Translations under genes and position numbers: made by a program | From: a plasmid | Strand: one strand, 5' to 3' | DNA length: 64,000 bases | Sequence record: NZ_CP023779.1 | Notes under the pieces: model-generated | What the model was told of the DNA's origin: nothing | The model's database searches: none | Seen by the model: only the letters and a program-made list of their open reading frames with translations | Shown: positions 1 to 10,008 of the stretch, in pieces | How the letters are laid out: every line of letters begins with the position of its first letter | Numbering within the stretch: position 1 is the first letter of the stretch

Positions 1-4
1 AGAG

Positions 5-187
5 ATGTCGAAGTCCGGTGGCAAGGGTGGCCACACCGGCGGCGGCAAGATGTCCGGCGCCAGGGCCTCCGCGATCCAGAGTGCCGCAGCCCGCAATCCC
101 AGTTCCAGCACCGCCAAATCAGGGTTCGCCAGCCGGGCACAGTCCGCGGCCGCGACCAACTCCAACAGCGGCGCAGGAAAGAAATAG
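5..187 (+). CDS. KGG-repeat stress-protein-like small protein; may be the C-terminal fragment of a gene starting before the window, since the frame is open to position 2
   Basis: GGKGGHTGGGK and SAxxRxxS motifs resemble KGG stress-protein repeats; frame open to window edge. Confidence 0.35.
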   Translation: MSKSGGKGGHTGGGKMSGARASAIQSAAARNPSSSTAKSGFASRAQSAAATNSNSGAGKK

Positions 188-662
188 CAACAGCCACAAC
201 CGGTTTCACGATGCCCTGAGACTCAACCCCCAGGGCATCACTGCGTTAGCGCCGGATCCGGCCGGTTACACCACCACCGCTTTACCGCCTCGATCGCGGG
301 TTGCAACGCGCTCTCGTCACCCGGCCCGGACCGGCCGGGGGCCGGGATTCGAGCGTCTCGAGCAACCGGTCCAGCCGGGCACGGATCTGCTCCGGCATGG
401 GGGGTGCACAATGCGCTCATCGGCTCCGAGTCGGCGTAGAAGATCACTGATCTCGCTGGCTTCGTGCACTGACCTCGGTCGCACTGTTACCCCCTGTCTG
501 TCACCGTCACCACTGCCTATTGTCGGCGCACCGGCGGCCGGTCACGGGTCGGGGCCCGGTCGGGCCACCGCGGCGCGGTCTGCTCGTCGGGACGTGTGGT
601 GTCGAATCCGCCGCTGACCGGGGCCGAGTGTGTAGCCACAGCGGCGCGTAGGGTGGGCGACC

Positions 663-953
663 ATGCCGTACGAGCTTCCGGAGTGGGCCGCCGCGCGATT
701 GCGCGGGGTGACCGTCGCCGAGGTGTTCCAGGTGCTCAGGGCGCGTCGCAAATGGGCGCGCCCGTCGACGGGGAGCGACCTACGGGTCACACTGATAGCA
801 GGTAGGACCGACGCCGGTCGGCCGATCCTGGTGGCGGTGCACCAAGACGCACCGTTTCACTCGGTGATCATCGCCGCTGGTGAGCTGACCGGCGATAATC
901 TGGATGCGTTCACGAGATGGGAGGCCGAGACCGATGAGCCGTTCGAAGGATGA
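663..953 (+). CDS. BrnT-like (DUF497) toxin
   Basis: ~96 aa; pattern ...VTVAEVFQVL...GRTDAGRPILVAVHQD...VIIAAGELT matches BrnT family; followed by an overlapping RHH gene. Confidence 0.5.
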   Translation: MPYELPEWAAARLRGVTVAEVFQVLRARRKWARPSTGSDLRVTLIAGRTDAGRPILVAVHQDAPFHSVIIAAGELTGDNLDAFTRWEAETDEPFEG

Positions 954-1272
954 CACGGCGGCGCTGTATGACGCGCTGGTCCAGGCCCATGGGCCCGATT
1001 TCGACATCGACAGCTTCGTGCCGGATCCAGAGGCCGCGCCGGTGGAGGTGCCGCCGCTGGAGAACCCCGACGAGCTGGTGATGACGCAGGCCGTGACGTT
1101 GCAGTTGTCATGGCCGGTGTTGCAGCGACTTCAGGCCCGCGCCGCACAGGCCGGTGCGAGCGTCGACGAGCTCGTGTCGGAATGGGTGACGGTGGAGGCG
1201 TCGGCCGAGGACACCGTGCCGCGCGATGCGATCTTGCACATGCTCGCTCAGCGTCAGCGGCGTTCGGCCTGA
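934..1272 (+). CDS. BrnA-like ribbon-helix-helix antitoxin
   Basis: ATG at 934 overlaps the brnT-like 3' end; C-terminal beta-alpha-alpha segment (TQAVTLQLSWPVLQRLQARAAQAGASVDELVSEWV); toxin-first order typical of brnTA. Confidence 0.45.
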   Translation: MSRSKDDTAALYDALVQAHGPDFDIDSFVPDPEAAPVEVPPLENPDELVMTQAVTLQLSWPVLQRLQARAAQAGASVDELVSEWVTVEASAEDTVPRDAILHMLAQRQRRSA

Positions 1273-1294
1273 GCGTTTCGGCTTCGTCGACCTC

Positions 1295-1321
1295 GAGGGC
1301 CCGGCCTGATGCCGGGCCCTC
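1295..1321. terminator. Bidirectional hairpin terminator between convergent brnA-like and ssb genes
   Basis: Perfect 11-bp stem GAGGGCCCGGC / GCCGGGCCCTC with 5-nt loop in a convergent intergenic gap. Confidence 0.5.
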
Positions 1322-1334
1322 GGTCTGTCTGCGG

Positions 1335-1715
1335 TCAGGCCGCGTCGCGCGGGGCGCGGGTGACCTTGGCGGTCTGGGTCGCCAGGTCGACGGCCACCCT
1401 GGTGGCCCGCAGTTCGAGGGTGGCCCGCGGCTGGCCCTCGCGGTCGGTCCAGGCATCGGCGGTGAGCCGATCGCCCTGGACGGTGACCAGGGTGCCCTTG
1501 GCGAGGCTGTCGACGACGTGCTCGCCGAGCTTTCCCCAGGCGGTGACGCGGATGCTGGTGGTGTGGGCGTCGACCCATGCGCCGCTGTTCTCGTCGTAGC
1601 GGCGATCGTTGCCGATCACGACGAACGAGGTGACGGTCTTGCCGGTGGGGGTGACGCGCAGTTCGGCCGGGTCGTCGGCGAGGTGACCGGTGATCTCGAC
1701 AGTGACGGCAGTCAT
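1335..1715 (-). CDS. ssb: Single-stranded DNA-binding protein (SSB), short form
   Basis: MTAVTVEITGHLADDPELRVTPTGKTVTSFVVIG...TVQGDRLTADAWTDREGQPRATLELRATRV is an OB-fold SSB pattern; ATG at 1715 with RBS CAGGAG; the upstream part of the 226-aa ORF is Pro/Arg-rich and was rejected. Confidence 0.75.
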   Translation of the reverse strand: MTAVTVEITGHLADDPAELRVTPTGKTVTSFVVIGNDRRYDENSGAWVDAHTTSIRVTAWGKLGEHVVDSLAKGTLVTVQGDRLTADAWTDREGQPRATLELRATRVAVDLATQTAKVTRAPRDAA

Positions 1716-2108
1716 GATGTGCTCCTGAAGGTTTCGGCGGGTCCGGGCTGGTCCGGGTGGTTTCCCGCTTCCGGGGTTGGACGTGGGATGCGGGGCCCGG
1801 GGGCCGGCGGGAGGCCAAGGCTCGGAGCGCAGCGACGACATGTTTCGGCCTTGGCGTGCGGACGGTGCTCGGGCATCGTGGCTCGGGGCCAACTCGGGGG
1901 CGGGTGTGCCGCCGTGGCCATTGCGGTACCCCGAAACCTTCAGGAGCACATCATCACTCGGCGGCATCGGCGGATTCGGGCGTTGGGGTGAGGGCCCGGC
2001 CGAACTGCGCGTCACCCCACGGCCGGGTAACGGCGTGGTGATCGGCGGCGAGCTGGTGTCACGCGCAGTGTCGCGGAGATGGGTGTGCCGTGCTCCGGCG
2101 GCGGCCGG

Positions 2109-5100
2109 TTACAGCTCGGGGCCGTGGTCGTGCTGGCGGTGGCGCTCGGCCTCGGCCTGGGCGGCGGCCTGTTGCTCGGCGGTCGGCCCAGCGCTGCGCG
2201 GGCCGGTCGCGGGGGCATGGGCGGCGCGGATGCGGTGTTCAGCGGCGGCGTCGACCGGGGACAGCGCGGTCCGGCGGTCGCGTTCGGCGAGCGCGGTCTC
2301 CAGATCGCGGGCAGCGCGGGCGGCGCGCTGGGCGGCCCGTTCGCGAATCTCCTCGTCGCGGGCGTCGTCGCGCTCGGCCGCTTCCATCTCGGCCGCCAGG
2401 GTGGCCCGGTCGGCGGCGCGAGCAAGCAGCGCCGCCCACTGCGGTTGCGGCGCCCCGGCGTCGCGGGCGGCGGCGGCCGCGACGCGAGCGGCGGCACGGG
2501 CGACCTCCACCGCGTCCTGTGTGCGCTGCTCGGCCGCAGCCCGCTGCTCGACGAGCTGCTGCGCCTCGCGGCGGGCCCCGGGACGGAGCGCGGAAATTCC
2601 AGCCAATGTTTGCCGGGCGTCGCGGGTCGCGGCACTGGCTTGCGCGGCCGCATCGGCGGCCTGGTCCGCGACGGACTCGGCGGCCTGGGCGGCTTCGATC
2701 GCTTCGACCTGCTCGGCAAGCCGGGCGTGATCCGCGCGTACTTGCTCGACGCGCGATTGCGCGGCGTGGAAGCCCTGCCATGCGGTCGGATCGTCGCGCC
2801 GGCTCGCGGTGCGCCGCAGGGTCCGAATCAGCAAGTCGAGCTCGGTGTCGCTGCGCATCCGGATCGGCTCGGCCTGCATCTGCTCGAGCATCAGCTGTTC
2901 GCGGGCGGCGGCCGGGTCCGCCGGGGCTTCGTCGACGGCCGGGGCCGCGTCCTGGTCGGCTTCGGCCTCGACGGCCTGCTCGGCTTCCTCCACCGGGCTG
3001 CGGGGTGACTCGGGTCCGATCTCCGGCTCGCCCTCGTCGGCAACGGTGGTGCCCGCGGCGGCCCGGGCGGCGGCCGCCTCCTGATAGCGGTTTTCCAGCT
3101 CCCACACGGCTTGGCTGTGGGAGACACCGGTATCGGCCTGGAGTTCGTTGGCGGCCTGGTGAGTGGCGTGGAACGACAGCATTTCCAGGCGTTGCGCCTC
3201 GGCGCGGGCCGCGTTGAGCTCGGCGTGAACCAAATCGTCGGCCACTCCGCGCCAGGTGTGCACCTCGTCCTCGGTGGGGACGGGCTCCCCACCGGCGGCC
3301 GCATCGAGCGCCTCCTGGGCGGCCTGGATCTGCTCGCGCAGCTCGTCGGCGTAGGCGCGGGCGGCGGCGGCGTCCTGTTTGGTCCGGGCGATTTCTGCGG
3401 CGACGGCTCCGGCGGCGGCTTCGGCCGCCGCTGTCCGGTACAGCTCGAGTTGTTCGGCCAGACGCGCACGCAATGCCGGGTCGTCATCGAGTGCGTCGAT
3501 CTGTTCCTCGACCGATGCGATGAATTCTTCGTCGGCGGCCTCGGGGTGCGCGTGCAGCGCGGTTTGGTAGGCGTCTTCGGCGGTGATGGCGTCGAATTCG
3601 GCTTCTTCCCATTGCTGTTGAACATCGCGCACCGCGAGTACCAGCGGCCGCAGGGCGTCCATGCGCAACCGCATTTCCGCGATCTTGGGTTCGATCGCGA
3701 GTTGATGCGGATGCGTCCGCCACATGGCTTGCTCGAACAATCGCCCGACCCGTTCCCGGGCGGCGGTCAGTTCGGCGTGGATCCGCATTGCCCGCTCGGT
3801 TCGCGACAATTCGGGATACGGCAATTCGATCGGCCGCGCGCCCGCGGCCGTGAATTCCGCCCATTCGTCCTCCGGCTCCGGCTCCTCGGCAGCACGGTCG
3901 GTGTCGAATCCGGTTTCCGGTGCGGCGGCATGGAATTCGGGTTCGAATTCCCTCTCGAGGTCGTCGTCGGCCTCCTCGCCGCGTTCGGTGACCGCAGCGG
4001 TCTGCGCCGCGCGGGCGCGCCAGTCGGCTGCGTCGTCGGGCAGCTCGAGCAGCAGTCGGCGCAGCTCATCGGCGTAGTCGGCCATCGCCATGTCCATGCC
4101 GGGGAATTCCGGCGGGATCGGGCGCAGGCCGCGCGGTGGCGCCAGGTCGTCCAGGGCCCGCCAGCGGGCCGGGCGGGGCTGGGCGGCGAGCACGTCGGTG
4201 CCCGTGTTCACCGCGACCGTGAGATCGGTCAGTTCCGCGGCGTGGCCCTGGTCGTCGTAGCCGAGGGTGACCAGGCTCGCGGTGGCGGTGGGGGCGACGC
4301 TGGTGATCGCGTGCTCGGCGATCCATCGGTCGGCGCGGGCCCGCAGGACGGCGGCCGCGTCCCGCGCGGTGATCAGCGTCCGGCCGTGGTCGGTGCCGTC
4401 GATGAGCGAGCCCATCAGCGCGTTGGTGTCGAGTCCGTGCGCATCCGCGAGCGCGATGGTGTCGAGCAGAGCCGGGTATCCGCGGCCGCGCTCGATCTGG
4501 CGGACCAGCGCGATGGGGAACGCCCGGTCGAGCAGCCAGCGGCCGCGCTCGTGGCCGAGCTCGCGGACGTAGTACTCGTAGTCGCGCTGGATCTTCGCGC
4601 GACGCTCGACGGGGTTCGCGGCCTCGGCGTAGCTGTCGAGCACCGCCTCCTTCTCCTCGGCGGTGACCGGGACCGTGGGCCGGTTGTCGGCCAGACGTTC
4701 GGCGCCGGTCCCGAGCAGTCGGGCGCGCAGGCCCTCGGCGAATTCGGCGAGTTCGAGGTCCATGCCGGGGTAGCGGCTGGGCACCGGCGGCACGGCCGGG
4801 AGTTCGGCGTCGCGCAGCGCAACGAACCGGCCCGCGCGCCGCGTCGTCGACAGCACTTCCTCGCCGCTCAACGCGGCTGTTGCCGTGGTGAGCGCATCGG
4901 TGTCGCTGGTGGGGGAGTAGGCCAGCGTCTCGACCGCGGCGGCGGCCGCCGGCGGGACCGTGGTCGATTGCACGTAGTCGCCGATGAGGTGGTCGGCGCG
5001 GGCACGGAGGACGGCGGCCGCGTCGCGGGCGTTGATCAGGCTGTCGCCGAGGTCTTCGCCGCCATGGGTCGCGATGTCGGCGACCAGGGCGGCGCTGTCC

Positions 5101-8100
5101 ATGCCGAGTGCGTCGGCGACGGTGATCGTGTCGAGCAGCTCCTCGTAGCGTTCGGAGCGGCGCGCCTCGGTGTACAGCACGACCGGGAGGGACCGGTCGA
5201 GCAGGTACTCGGCGCGGGCCCGGCCGAGCAGCTCGGTGGCGTAGTCGTACATTTCCCGGGTGCGGGCCGGGTCGCTGATGCGGGCCTGTTCGGCGCGCAT
5301 CACCTCGGTCGCGGTGAGGTTGTCGTCCTCGCGGGCCAAGACCCGCATGAACACGTCATGCTCGGCGGCCGGTTCGTCCGGTGCATGGTCGAGCGCCGGA
5401 TCCGGAAGCGCATCGGTGGCCACGTAGATGCCGTTGAACTCCTGCCCGCGGCTGAGTCCCACGTAGGCCAGCGCCCGGCCGAGGGTCGCGTTCATCAACA
5501 GATGAGCACGCTTGACGGTCATGCCCTGGGCGCGGTGCACCGTGCTGGCGTAGCCGAGCTCGGTGTGGTCGCGCACGTACCGGGCCGGGAGGGTGACCCG
5601 GCCCCGGTGGGTGGTGCCGACCACCGTGAGCGAGCCGTCCTGGTGGACGGCGTTCACGCGCCACAGATCACCGTTATCGACCGGGGTCCGGGCGCGGGAG
5701 CCGCCGGTGATCCGCAAGCGGTGATTGTTCTTGCGGGTGACGAGAATGTCGCCGATGTAGCCCTTGTGCCCGTCCGCGAGCCCCGCGTGCGGGCCGTCGC
5801 TTTTGACCGTGCCGCGCAAGGCGTGCGCGGCCTGGGCGGCACCGTTGAGCGCGTACACGTCGGCGACGGTGGCCGCCATCATCAGGCTGGACTTGCCTGC
5901 GGCGGTGTCGGCGAGATGCGCGGCGAGGATCTTTTCGCGCAGCTCGTCGACCATGCCGGAGGTGACGCGGTCGTTGTTCTTGTAGAACTCCCATGCCCGC
6001 TCGGCGTCGCCGCTGCGCACATCCAGAGTGGCAGCGGCCTCCTCGGGGTTGGCGAACCGCACGACTTCGGTGAGTTCGGGTGCCTTGGTGTCGGCGGCGA
6101 GCAGGCGCAGCGCGCCCCCGGATTCCACGGCCGACAGCTGGGCGGGATCGCCGATCCAGCGCACAACCGCACCATGCTCGTCCGCGATGCGCTGAAGCTC
6201 ATCGAGGTTGTGCGTCGACGCCATCCCGGCCTCGTCGACCAGGATCATGGTCCCTCGTGCGAGCCCCACATCGACACCGCTGCGAGCACGAGTGATGAGG
6301 CTGTCGATGGTGCGTGCGGGCACCCCGATCTCCTCGCCCAGCACGCGGGCCGCACTCATCTGCTGGCTGAGTGCGACCACGGTGCGGCCGTCGTTCTGCC
6401 AGGCTCGCACCACGGCTCGCAAGGCCGTCGTCTTGCCGGTGCCAGCAGGGCCAACGGCCACTGCGAGCCTCGCACCGGAGGTGCAGAAGTGCTCCACGAT
6501 GCGACGCTGACCGGCCTTCAGCCGGCGCGGCTTGCCGCGTCGCCTTCCGAGGGTGCGGCCTCGGCTCTCCTCCTCGACCTGCGCGATGGCCTTCGCCACT
6601 GCGGACCTGGTGAGGAATTCAGCGGTGGGATCCTGCGCGGCGGTCTGCAACCGCTCCTCCGCGGCGAGCACGGCTTCGCTGCTGTACCGCACCGAGGTCG
6701 ATGCGGGGGCGTTGAACACGCTCTCGCCGTTGCGTCGTGCGAGGGCCTGCGGCACGACATCCGGGTCGACGGTGAGCAGCACGCTGTGCTGGTCTCGCAC
6801 CGCCGAAACGATCTGTTCGACGGCGGCGCGATGGTCGTCGTCGGTGGCGAAATCGCAGACCGCGAGCCGATCCTCGACGGCGGCACGAATGTGAGTTTCG
6901 GCCCAGGTCGCACGGCGGCGGGAGACCTTCTCGGTCACTTCCTCCGCGATGCGCTGCGGGTCGTACTCGGTCCGCTCCCGGGCGGCAATCGCCTCCGTGA
7001 GCTCGTCGAGCAGATGGTCTTCATGCCCCGGTGACAGTAGGGTTCGCACCTCGTCAGCGGCGGCGGCACGGGTGGTCTGGGGGCCGAAGGTGCAGCCATC
7101 GAGCGCCCGCTCGATGGCCCCGGTCAGCTCGGATTCGTCTGCGGCGAGCACGGCGGCTTTGCCACCCAGCTCGAGACCGACCTCGGTCGCGATCCGCGCA
7201 GCCTCGTATGGCCGGGCCGCATCGGGATTGTGACTCAGATACAGGATGTCGTCGACGAACTGTTCGGCGGTGCGGCCGTCGCCGAGGAACTGGCGGGCAC
7301 GTTCGTCCCATTCGCCGATCATTTCCCGCAGCGTCTTGGGGAGCGGCTTGTCCTCACGGGTGTCGAGCGTGGCTTGCTGAGCAAGTTTGATCTGCGTGGC
7401 CTTGCTCGGATCGCGGCCGTGCGTCTCCCGGTACTGCTTCACCAGTTCCTCGGTGCGGGCCATGATGTCGGCTCGCCGACTGAAGTGCTTGATCATCTCG
7501 TCGCTGACGCCGACGACCTCGAGCACCGGTTCCTTGCCGCGTCCTTTGGTTCGCTCCTCGAACCGCAGCCCGAGCTTGCGCTTGAGTTTTCCGGTCAGTG
7601 CCGCGTTGTACTGGCACGACAGCGAGACGGTGGCCTGGATCAGTGCGTCGGCGCGCAGCGAGCTCCATTTCCCGTCGCTGCCGAGCACCCGTGATGAGAC
7701 GACAACGTGCGTGTGGGGGTTCATGTCGCCGGTGCGATTGTCGTAGTGCTGGTACTGCGCGAACGTCAATCCTTCGGCGTCGATCAGGCGTGTTCCACCG
7801 CGTCCGCGGCGGGCCAGCGCGTAGTTGTCTTCCATGCGGGTCAGCACGTCCCGCATGGCCTCCTCGTGGCATTCCCAGATAGCGCGACGCAGCTCGTCAT
7901 CACCCAATCCCCACAGAATCGACACCGATTTCTGCGGGGTGAACACACAGTCCCAGCCCACGACGGCCTGCCGGGCCTTGCGCTTCTCATCGTTCAGCGC
8001 TTTCGCGATCTCGTCGCGCGATGGCTTGCGGCCGAGTTCGTTGGCGAGGTGTTCACGGCCGGCATCGGTGCGCAGCTCCAGCCACTCGTCCCGCGTGGGG

Positions 8101-8504
8101 GAGCGCTTCTCGGCGGTGACGAACTCCGCCTTGCGGCGCTCGTAGATGCTCTGAATCTCGGTAACGCCGCCCTTGAAGGCGTAGAGACCGGATCCGAGTT
8201 TGGCCTCCTTCATCGCCGCCTCGGCGCTGGCGCCGTTCTCGATGGCGTCGGCAATGATCTTGTCGGCGTCCGGGTGCAGGCCCTCGCCGTACAGGGCACG
8301 CATCTGCCCTTCGGTTACGGCGCCGGATACGCCCATGAGTTCGGCACCCCGGCCCGCCCACCGGCCGGGCGGGGTGCCGTGCTCGTTGTAGTAGTCGGTG
8401 AGACCCTGGCCGCGCGCACGTTCGCGGTCGGCGGTGGCTACTTGACGTGTCAGATACTCGTAGCCATCCCCGCCGTGCAGCGCGTGGATGGTCATCACGA
8501 TCAT
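2109..8504 (-). CDS. traA: Conjugative relaxase/helicase TraA (MobF/TrwC family) with long coiled-coil and duplicated C-terminal region
   Basis: N-terminal MTIHALHGGDGYEYLTRQVA relaxase start; central AVAVGPAGTGKTT Walker A with RecD-like helicase motifs; ~1000-aa Ala/Glu-rich C-terminal tail; start M8/M11 more likely than the TTG at 8525. Confidence 0.9.
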   Translation of the reverse strand: MIVMTIHALHGGDGYEYLTRQVATADRERARGQGLTDYYNEHGTPPGRWAGRGAELMGVSGAVTEGQMRALYGEGLHPDADKIIADAIENGASAEAAMKEAKLGSGLYAFKGGVTEIQSIYERRKAEFVTAEKRSPTRDEWLELRTDAGREHLANELGRKPSRDEIAKALNDEKRKARQAVVGWDCVFTPQKSVSILWGLGDDELRRAIWECHEEAMRDVLTRMEDNYALARRGRGGTRLIDAEGLTFAQYQHYDNRTGDMNPHTHVVVSSRVLGSDGKWSSLRADALIQATVSLSCQYNAALTGKLKRKLGLRFEERTKGRGKEPVLEVVGVSDEMIKHFSRRADIMARTEELVKQYRETHGRDPSKATQIKLAQQATLDTREDKPLPKTLREMIGEWDERARQFLGDGRTAEQFVDDILYLSHNPDAARPYEAARIATEVGLELGGKAAVLAADESELTGAIERALDGCTFGPQTTRAAAADEVRTLLSPGHEDHLLDELTEAIAARERTEYDPQRIAEEVTEKVSRRRATWAETHIRAAVEDRLAVCDFATDDDHRAAVEQIVSAVRDQHSVLLTVDPDVVPQALARRNGESVFNAPASTSVRYSSEAVLAAEERLQTAAQDPTAEFLTRSAVAKAIAQVEEESRGRTLGRRRGKPRRLKAGQRRIVEHFCTSGARLAVAVGPAGTGKTTALRAVVRAWQNDGRTVVALSQQMSAARVLGEEIGVPARTIDSLITRARSGVDVGLARGTMILVDEAGMASTHNLDELQRIADEHGAVVRWIGDPAQLSAVESGGALRLLAADTKAPELTEVVRFANPEEAAATLDVRSGDAERAWEFYKNNDRVTSGMVDELREKILAAHLADTAAGKSSLMMAATVADVYALNGAAQAAHALRGTVKSDGPHAGLADGHKGYIGDILVTRKNNHRLRITGGSRARTPVDNGDLWRVNAVHQDGSLTVVGTTHRGRVTLPARYVRDHTELGYASTVHRAQGMTVKRAHLLMNATLGRALAYVGLSRGQEFNGIYVATDALPDPALDHAPDEPAAEHDVFMRVLAREDDNLTATEVMRAEQARISDPARTREMYDYATELLGRARAEYLLDRSLPVVLYTEARRSERYEELLDTITVADALGMDSAALVADIATHGGEDLGDSLINARDAAAVLRARADHLIGDYVQSTTVPPAAAAAVETLAYSPTSDTDALTTATAALSGEEVLSTTRRAGRFVALRDAELPAVPPVPSRYPGMDLELAEFAEGLRARLLGTGAERLADNRPTVPVTAEEKEAVLDSYAEAANPVERRAKIQRDYEYYVRELGHERGRWLLDRAFPIALVRQIERGRGYPALLDTIALADAHGLDTNALMGSLIDGTDHGRTLITARDAAAVLRARADRWIAEHAITSVAPTATASLVTLGYDDQGHAAELTDLTVAVNTGTDVLAAQPRPARWRALDDLAPPRGLRPIPPEFPGMDMAMADYADELRRLLLELPDDAADWRARAAQTAAVTERGEEADDDLEREFEPEFHAAAPETGFDTDRAAEEPEPEDEWAEFTAAGARPIELPYPELSRTERAMRIHAELTAARERVGRLFEQAMWRTHPHQLAIEPKIAEMRLRMDALRPLVLAVRDVQQQWEEAEFDAITAEDAYQTALHAHPEAADEEFIASVEEQIDALDDDPALRARLAEQLELYRTAAAEAAAGAVAAEIARTKQDAAAARAYADELREQIQAAQEALDAAAGGEPVPTEDEVHTWRGVADDLVHAELNAARAEAQRLEMLSFHATHQAANELQADTGVSHSQAVWELENRYQEAAAARAAAGTTVADEGEPEIGPESPRSPVEEAEQAVEAEADQDAAPAVDEAPADPAAAREQLMLEQMQAEPIRMRSDTELDLLIRTLRRTASRRDDPTAWQGFHAAQSRVEQVRADHARLAEQVEAIEAAQAAESVADQAADAAAQASAATRDARQTLAGISALRPGARREAQQLVEQRAAAEQRTQDAVEVARAAARVAAAAARDAGAPQPQWAALLARAADRATLAAEMEAAERDDARDEEIRERAAQRAARAARDLETALAERDRRTALSPVDAAAEHRIRAAHAPATGPRSAGPTAEQQAAAQAEAERHRQHDHGPEL

Positions 8505-8525
8505 CAACGATAGCCGCAATTTCAA

Positions 8526-8803
8526 AGTTAGGTCACCCTAAGATTCACAATGGTGGAAGAGGTGTGTCCTCGGATTGGTGCTCTGGGGTGGTTCTTCGGT
8601 GAGCTCTCGCTGGTTTGAGGATTGATGGGTTACGCGGACATGAGAACTGCTCGGATCGCTTCACGCTCGCAATAGGGGCTTGCATGATCGGTTACCGTGG
8701 ATGCATTGCCCGCTTGTCGGACGGGGTGATCCGCCCGGCTGGGACCGCCGTCGACCGCCCGGCGGGCGTTGGGAACCGCTAGGTGAGCGAGAGGACTTGA
8801 GAG
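8526..8803. promoter_or_regulatory. Divergent promoter region between traA and the 8804 gene; candidate oriT location
   Basis: Non-coding 278 bp adjacent to the relaxase gene; contains GC palindromic pieces (CCGCCCGGC repeats) and a GGGAACCGCTAGGT motif; no nic site can be assigned by eye. Confidence 0.25.
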
Positions 8804-9319
8804 ATGGCAGACAAGAAGCCGGTGGCCGGTGCGGTGGGTGCGCGGAAACTCGCTCGCGAGAAGATGGCCGCCGCGATGGAGGCCCGTCGCAAACGCGAGG
8901 AGGCGAACACCAAGGATCTCGAAGCGTTCTATGTCCTGCTGAGCAAGGTTGACGCGGCGGCGTCCAAGCGGGACGCGGCCATTGCAGCGGCGAACGCTGC
9001 CTACGCTGCTGCCGAGACGGCCTTGCTCGATGAACAGGGCGCGGCGCTGCGCAGCATCCGTGACCGCAACACTCCGCAAGCTGAGCTGCTGGAAATGACC
9101 GGGCTTTCGCCCGGCGAGCTTCAGAAGTTGCTCAAGCGCTCCGCTCCGGCGGCCAAGTCGGCTCCGGCGGCCCCTGCGGCCGAGGCGGCCTCGTCGAACG
9201 TCACGCCGATTGGTGGCCGCGCGGCCGAGGCGACTCCGGCGGCGGCCGAGGTGAGTTCCGATGCCGGGGCCACGGAGCGGGAAGCGCTAGGCGAGTCGTC
9301 GCCGGTGTCGGCGTCGTAG
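8804..9319 (+). CDS. Hypothetical Ala-rich small protein
   Basis: RBS GAGAGG upstream of ATG; high GC3; lysine-rich N-terminus then Ala-rich helix. Confidence 0.5.
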   Translation: MADKKPVAGAVGARKLAREKMAAAMEARRKREEANTKDLEAFYVLLSKVDAAASKRDAAIAAANAAYAAAETALLDEQGAALRSIRDRNTPQAELLEMTGLSPGELQKLLKRSAPAAKSAPAAPAAEAASSNVTPIGGRAAEATPAAAEVSSDAGATEREALGESSPVSAS

Positions 9320-9323
9320 CCCA

Positions 9324-9914
9324 ATGGCGCGGGACTCGGGGCCGGGAAGACTGCCCCGCAATGCGCCTCAACGGCTCGAGGTCGGGGACGTAGCCGAGAT
9401 CGGGCGGTTCGAGGCCAAGGTGGTCCGCGGGCCCGGGCCCGATGACTGCTGGATATGGACCGGAGCAATCGGTGACGACGGGTATGGACGTTTCGCGATC
9501 CGGCGGGATGTTCGTGGCCGGTTTCCCCGGCGGCCCGAGGATGGTCGCGAGGTGATGGTGCGGCCTCCCCGTTATGCGGTGGCGTTGTACGTCGGGACCG
9601 TTCCGGCGGGGCTCTACGCCTTGCATGACCGATGCGACAACCCGATATGTGTCCGGGCCGCTGAGGTAGACGGTCGCCGGCCTCACGTGGTCCTCGGGAC
9701 TCAGCAAGAGAATCTGACGACCATGGGCGCTCGCGGCCGCTCGTACGGCGGTCGGCCGATATGGCAGCACGACGGGCTGACCCGTGCGCAACGAGTCGCC
9801 CGGTCGCGGGCCCTGCGGTTGGCGGTGCGCGGTGGGTGGGATGCCGAGGCCGTGCGCCGCGCGATGCTGATCGGCTCGCAACCGGCGCTGTTCGATCCGG
9901 TCGAGGATTCGTGA
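9324..9914 (+). CDS. HNH endonuclease
   Basis: CWIWTGA...DGYGRF...HDRCDNPICV matches the HNH_3 family signature. Confidence 0.7.
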   Translation: MARDSGPGRLPRNAPQRLEVGDVAEIGRFEAKVVRGPGPDDCWIWTGAIGDDGYGRFAIRRDVRGRFPRRPEDGREVMVRPPRYAVALYVGTVPAGLYALHDRCDNPICVRAAEVDGRRPHVVLGTQQENLTTMGARGRSYGGRPIWQHDGLTRAQRVARSRALRLAVRGGWDAEAVRRAMLIGSQPALFDPVEDS

Positions 9915-10008
9915 GCGGCGTCTGTCGGCAACCGCTAGGCCGCTGGATACAACTGATGTGATGATTTATCACGCCTGTGCGCGTGCACCGAGACGGGAAG
10001 GGGGCGGT

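Noticed and set aside
1108-2015. Arg/Pro-rich ORFs (1108..1818 minus, 1110..1991 plus, 1777..2730 plus) and the N-terminal 100 aa of the 1335..2015 ORF
   Set aside because: Low-complexity composition. Only the C-terminal 126 aa of the 1335..2015 ORF (SSB) has an RBS-supported start and a recognisable fold.
3111-7034. 1307-aa plus-strand ORF, and other long plus ORFs across 2079-8513
   Set aside because: Antisense to the well-supported traA gene. Gly/Arg/Val-rich composition typical of shadow ORFs in 70% GC DNA. No recognisable motifs.
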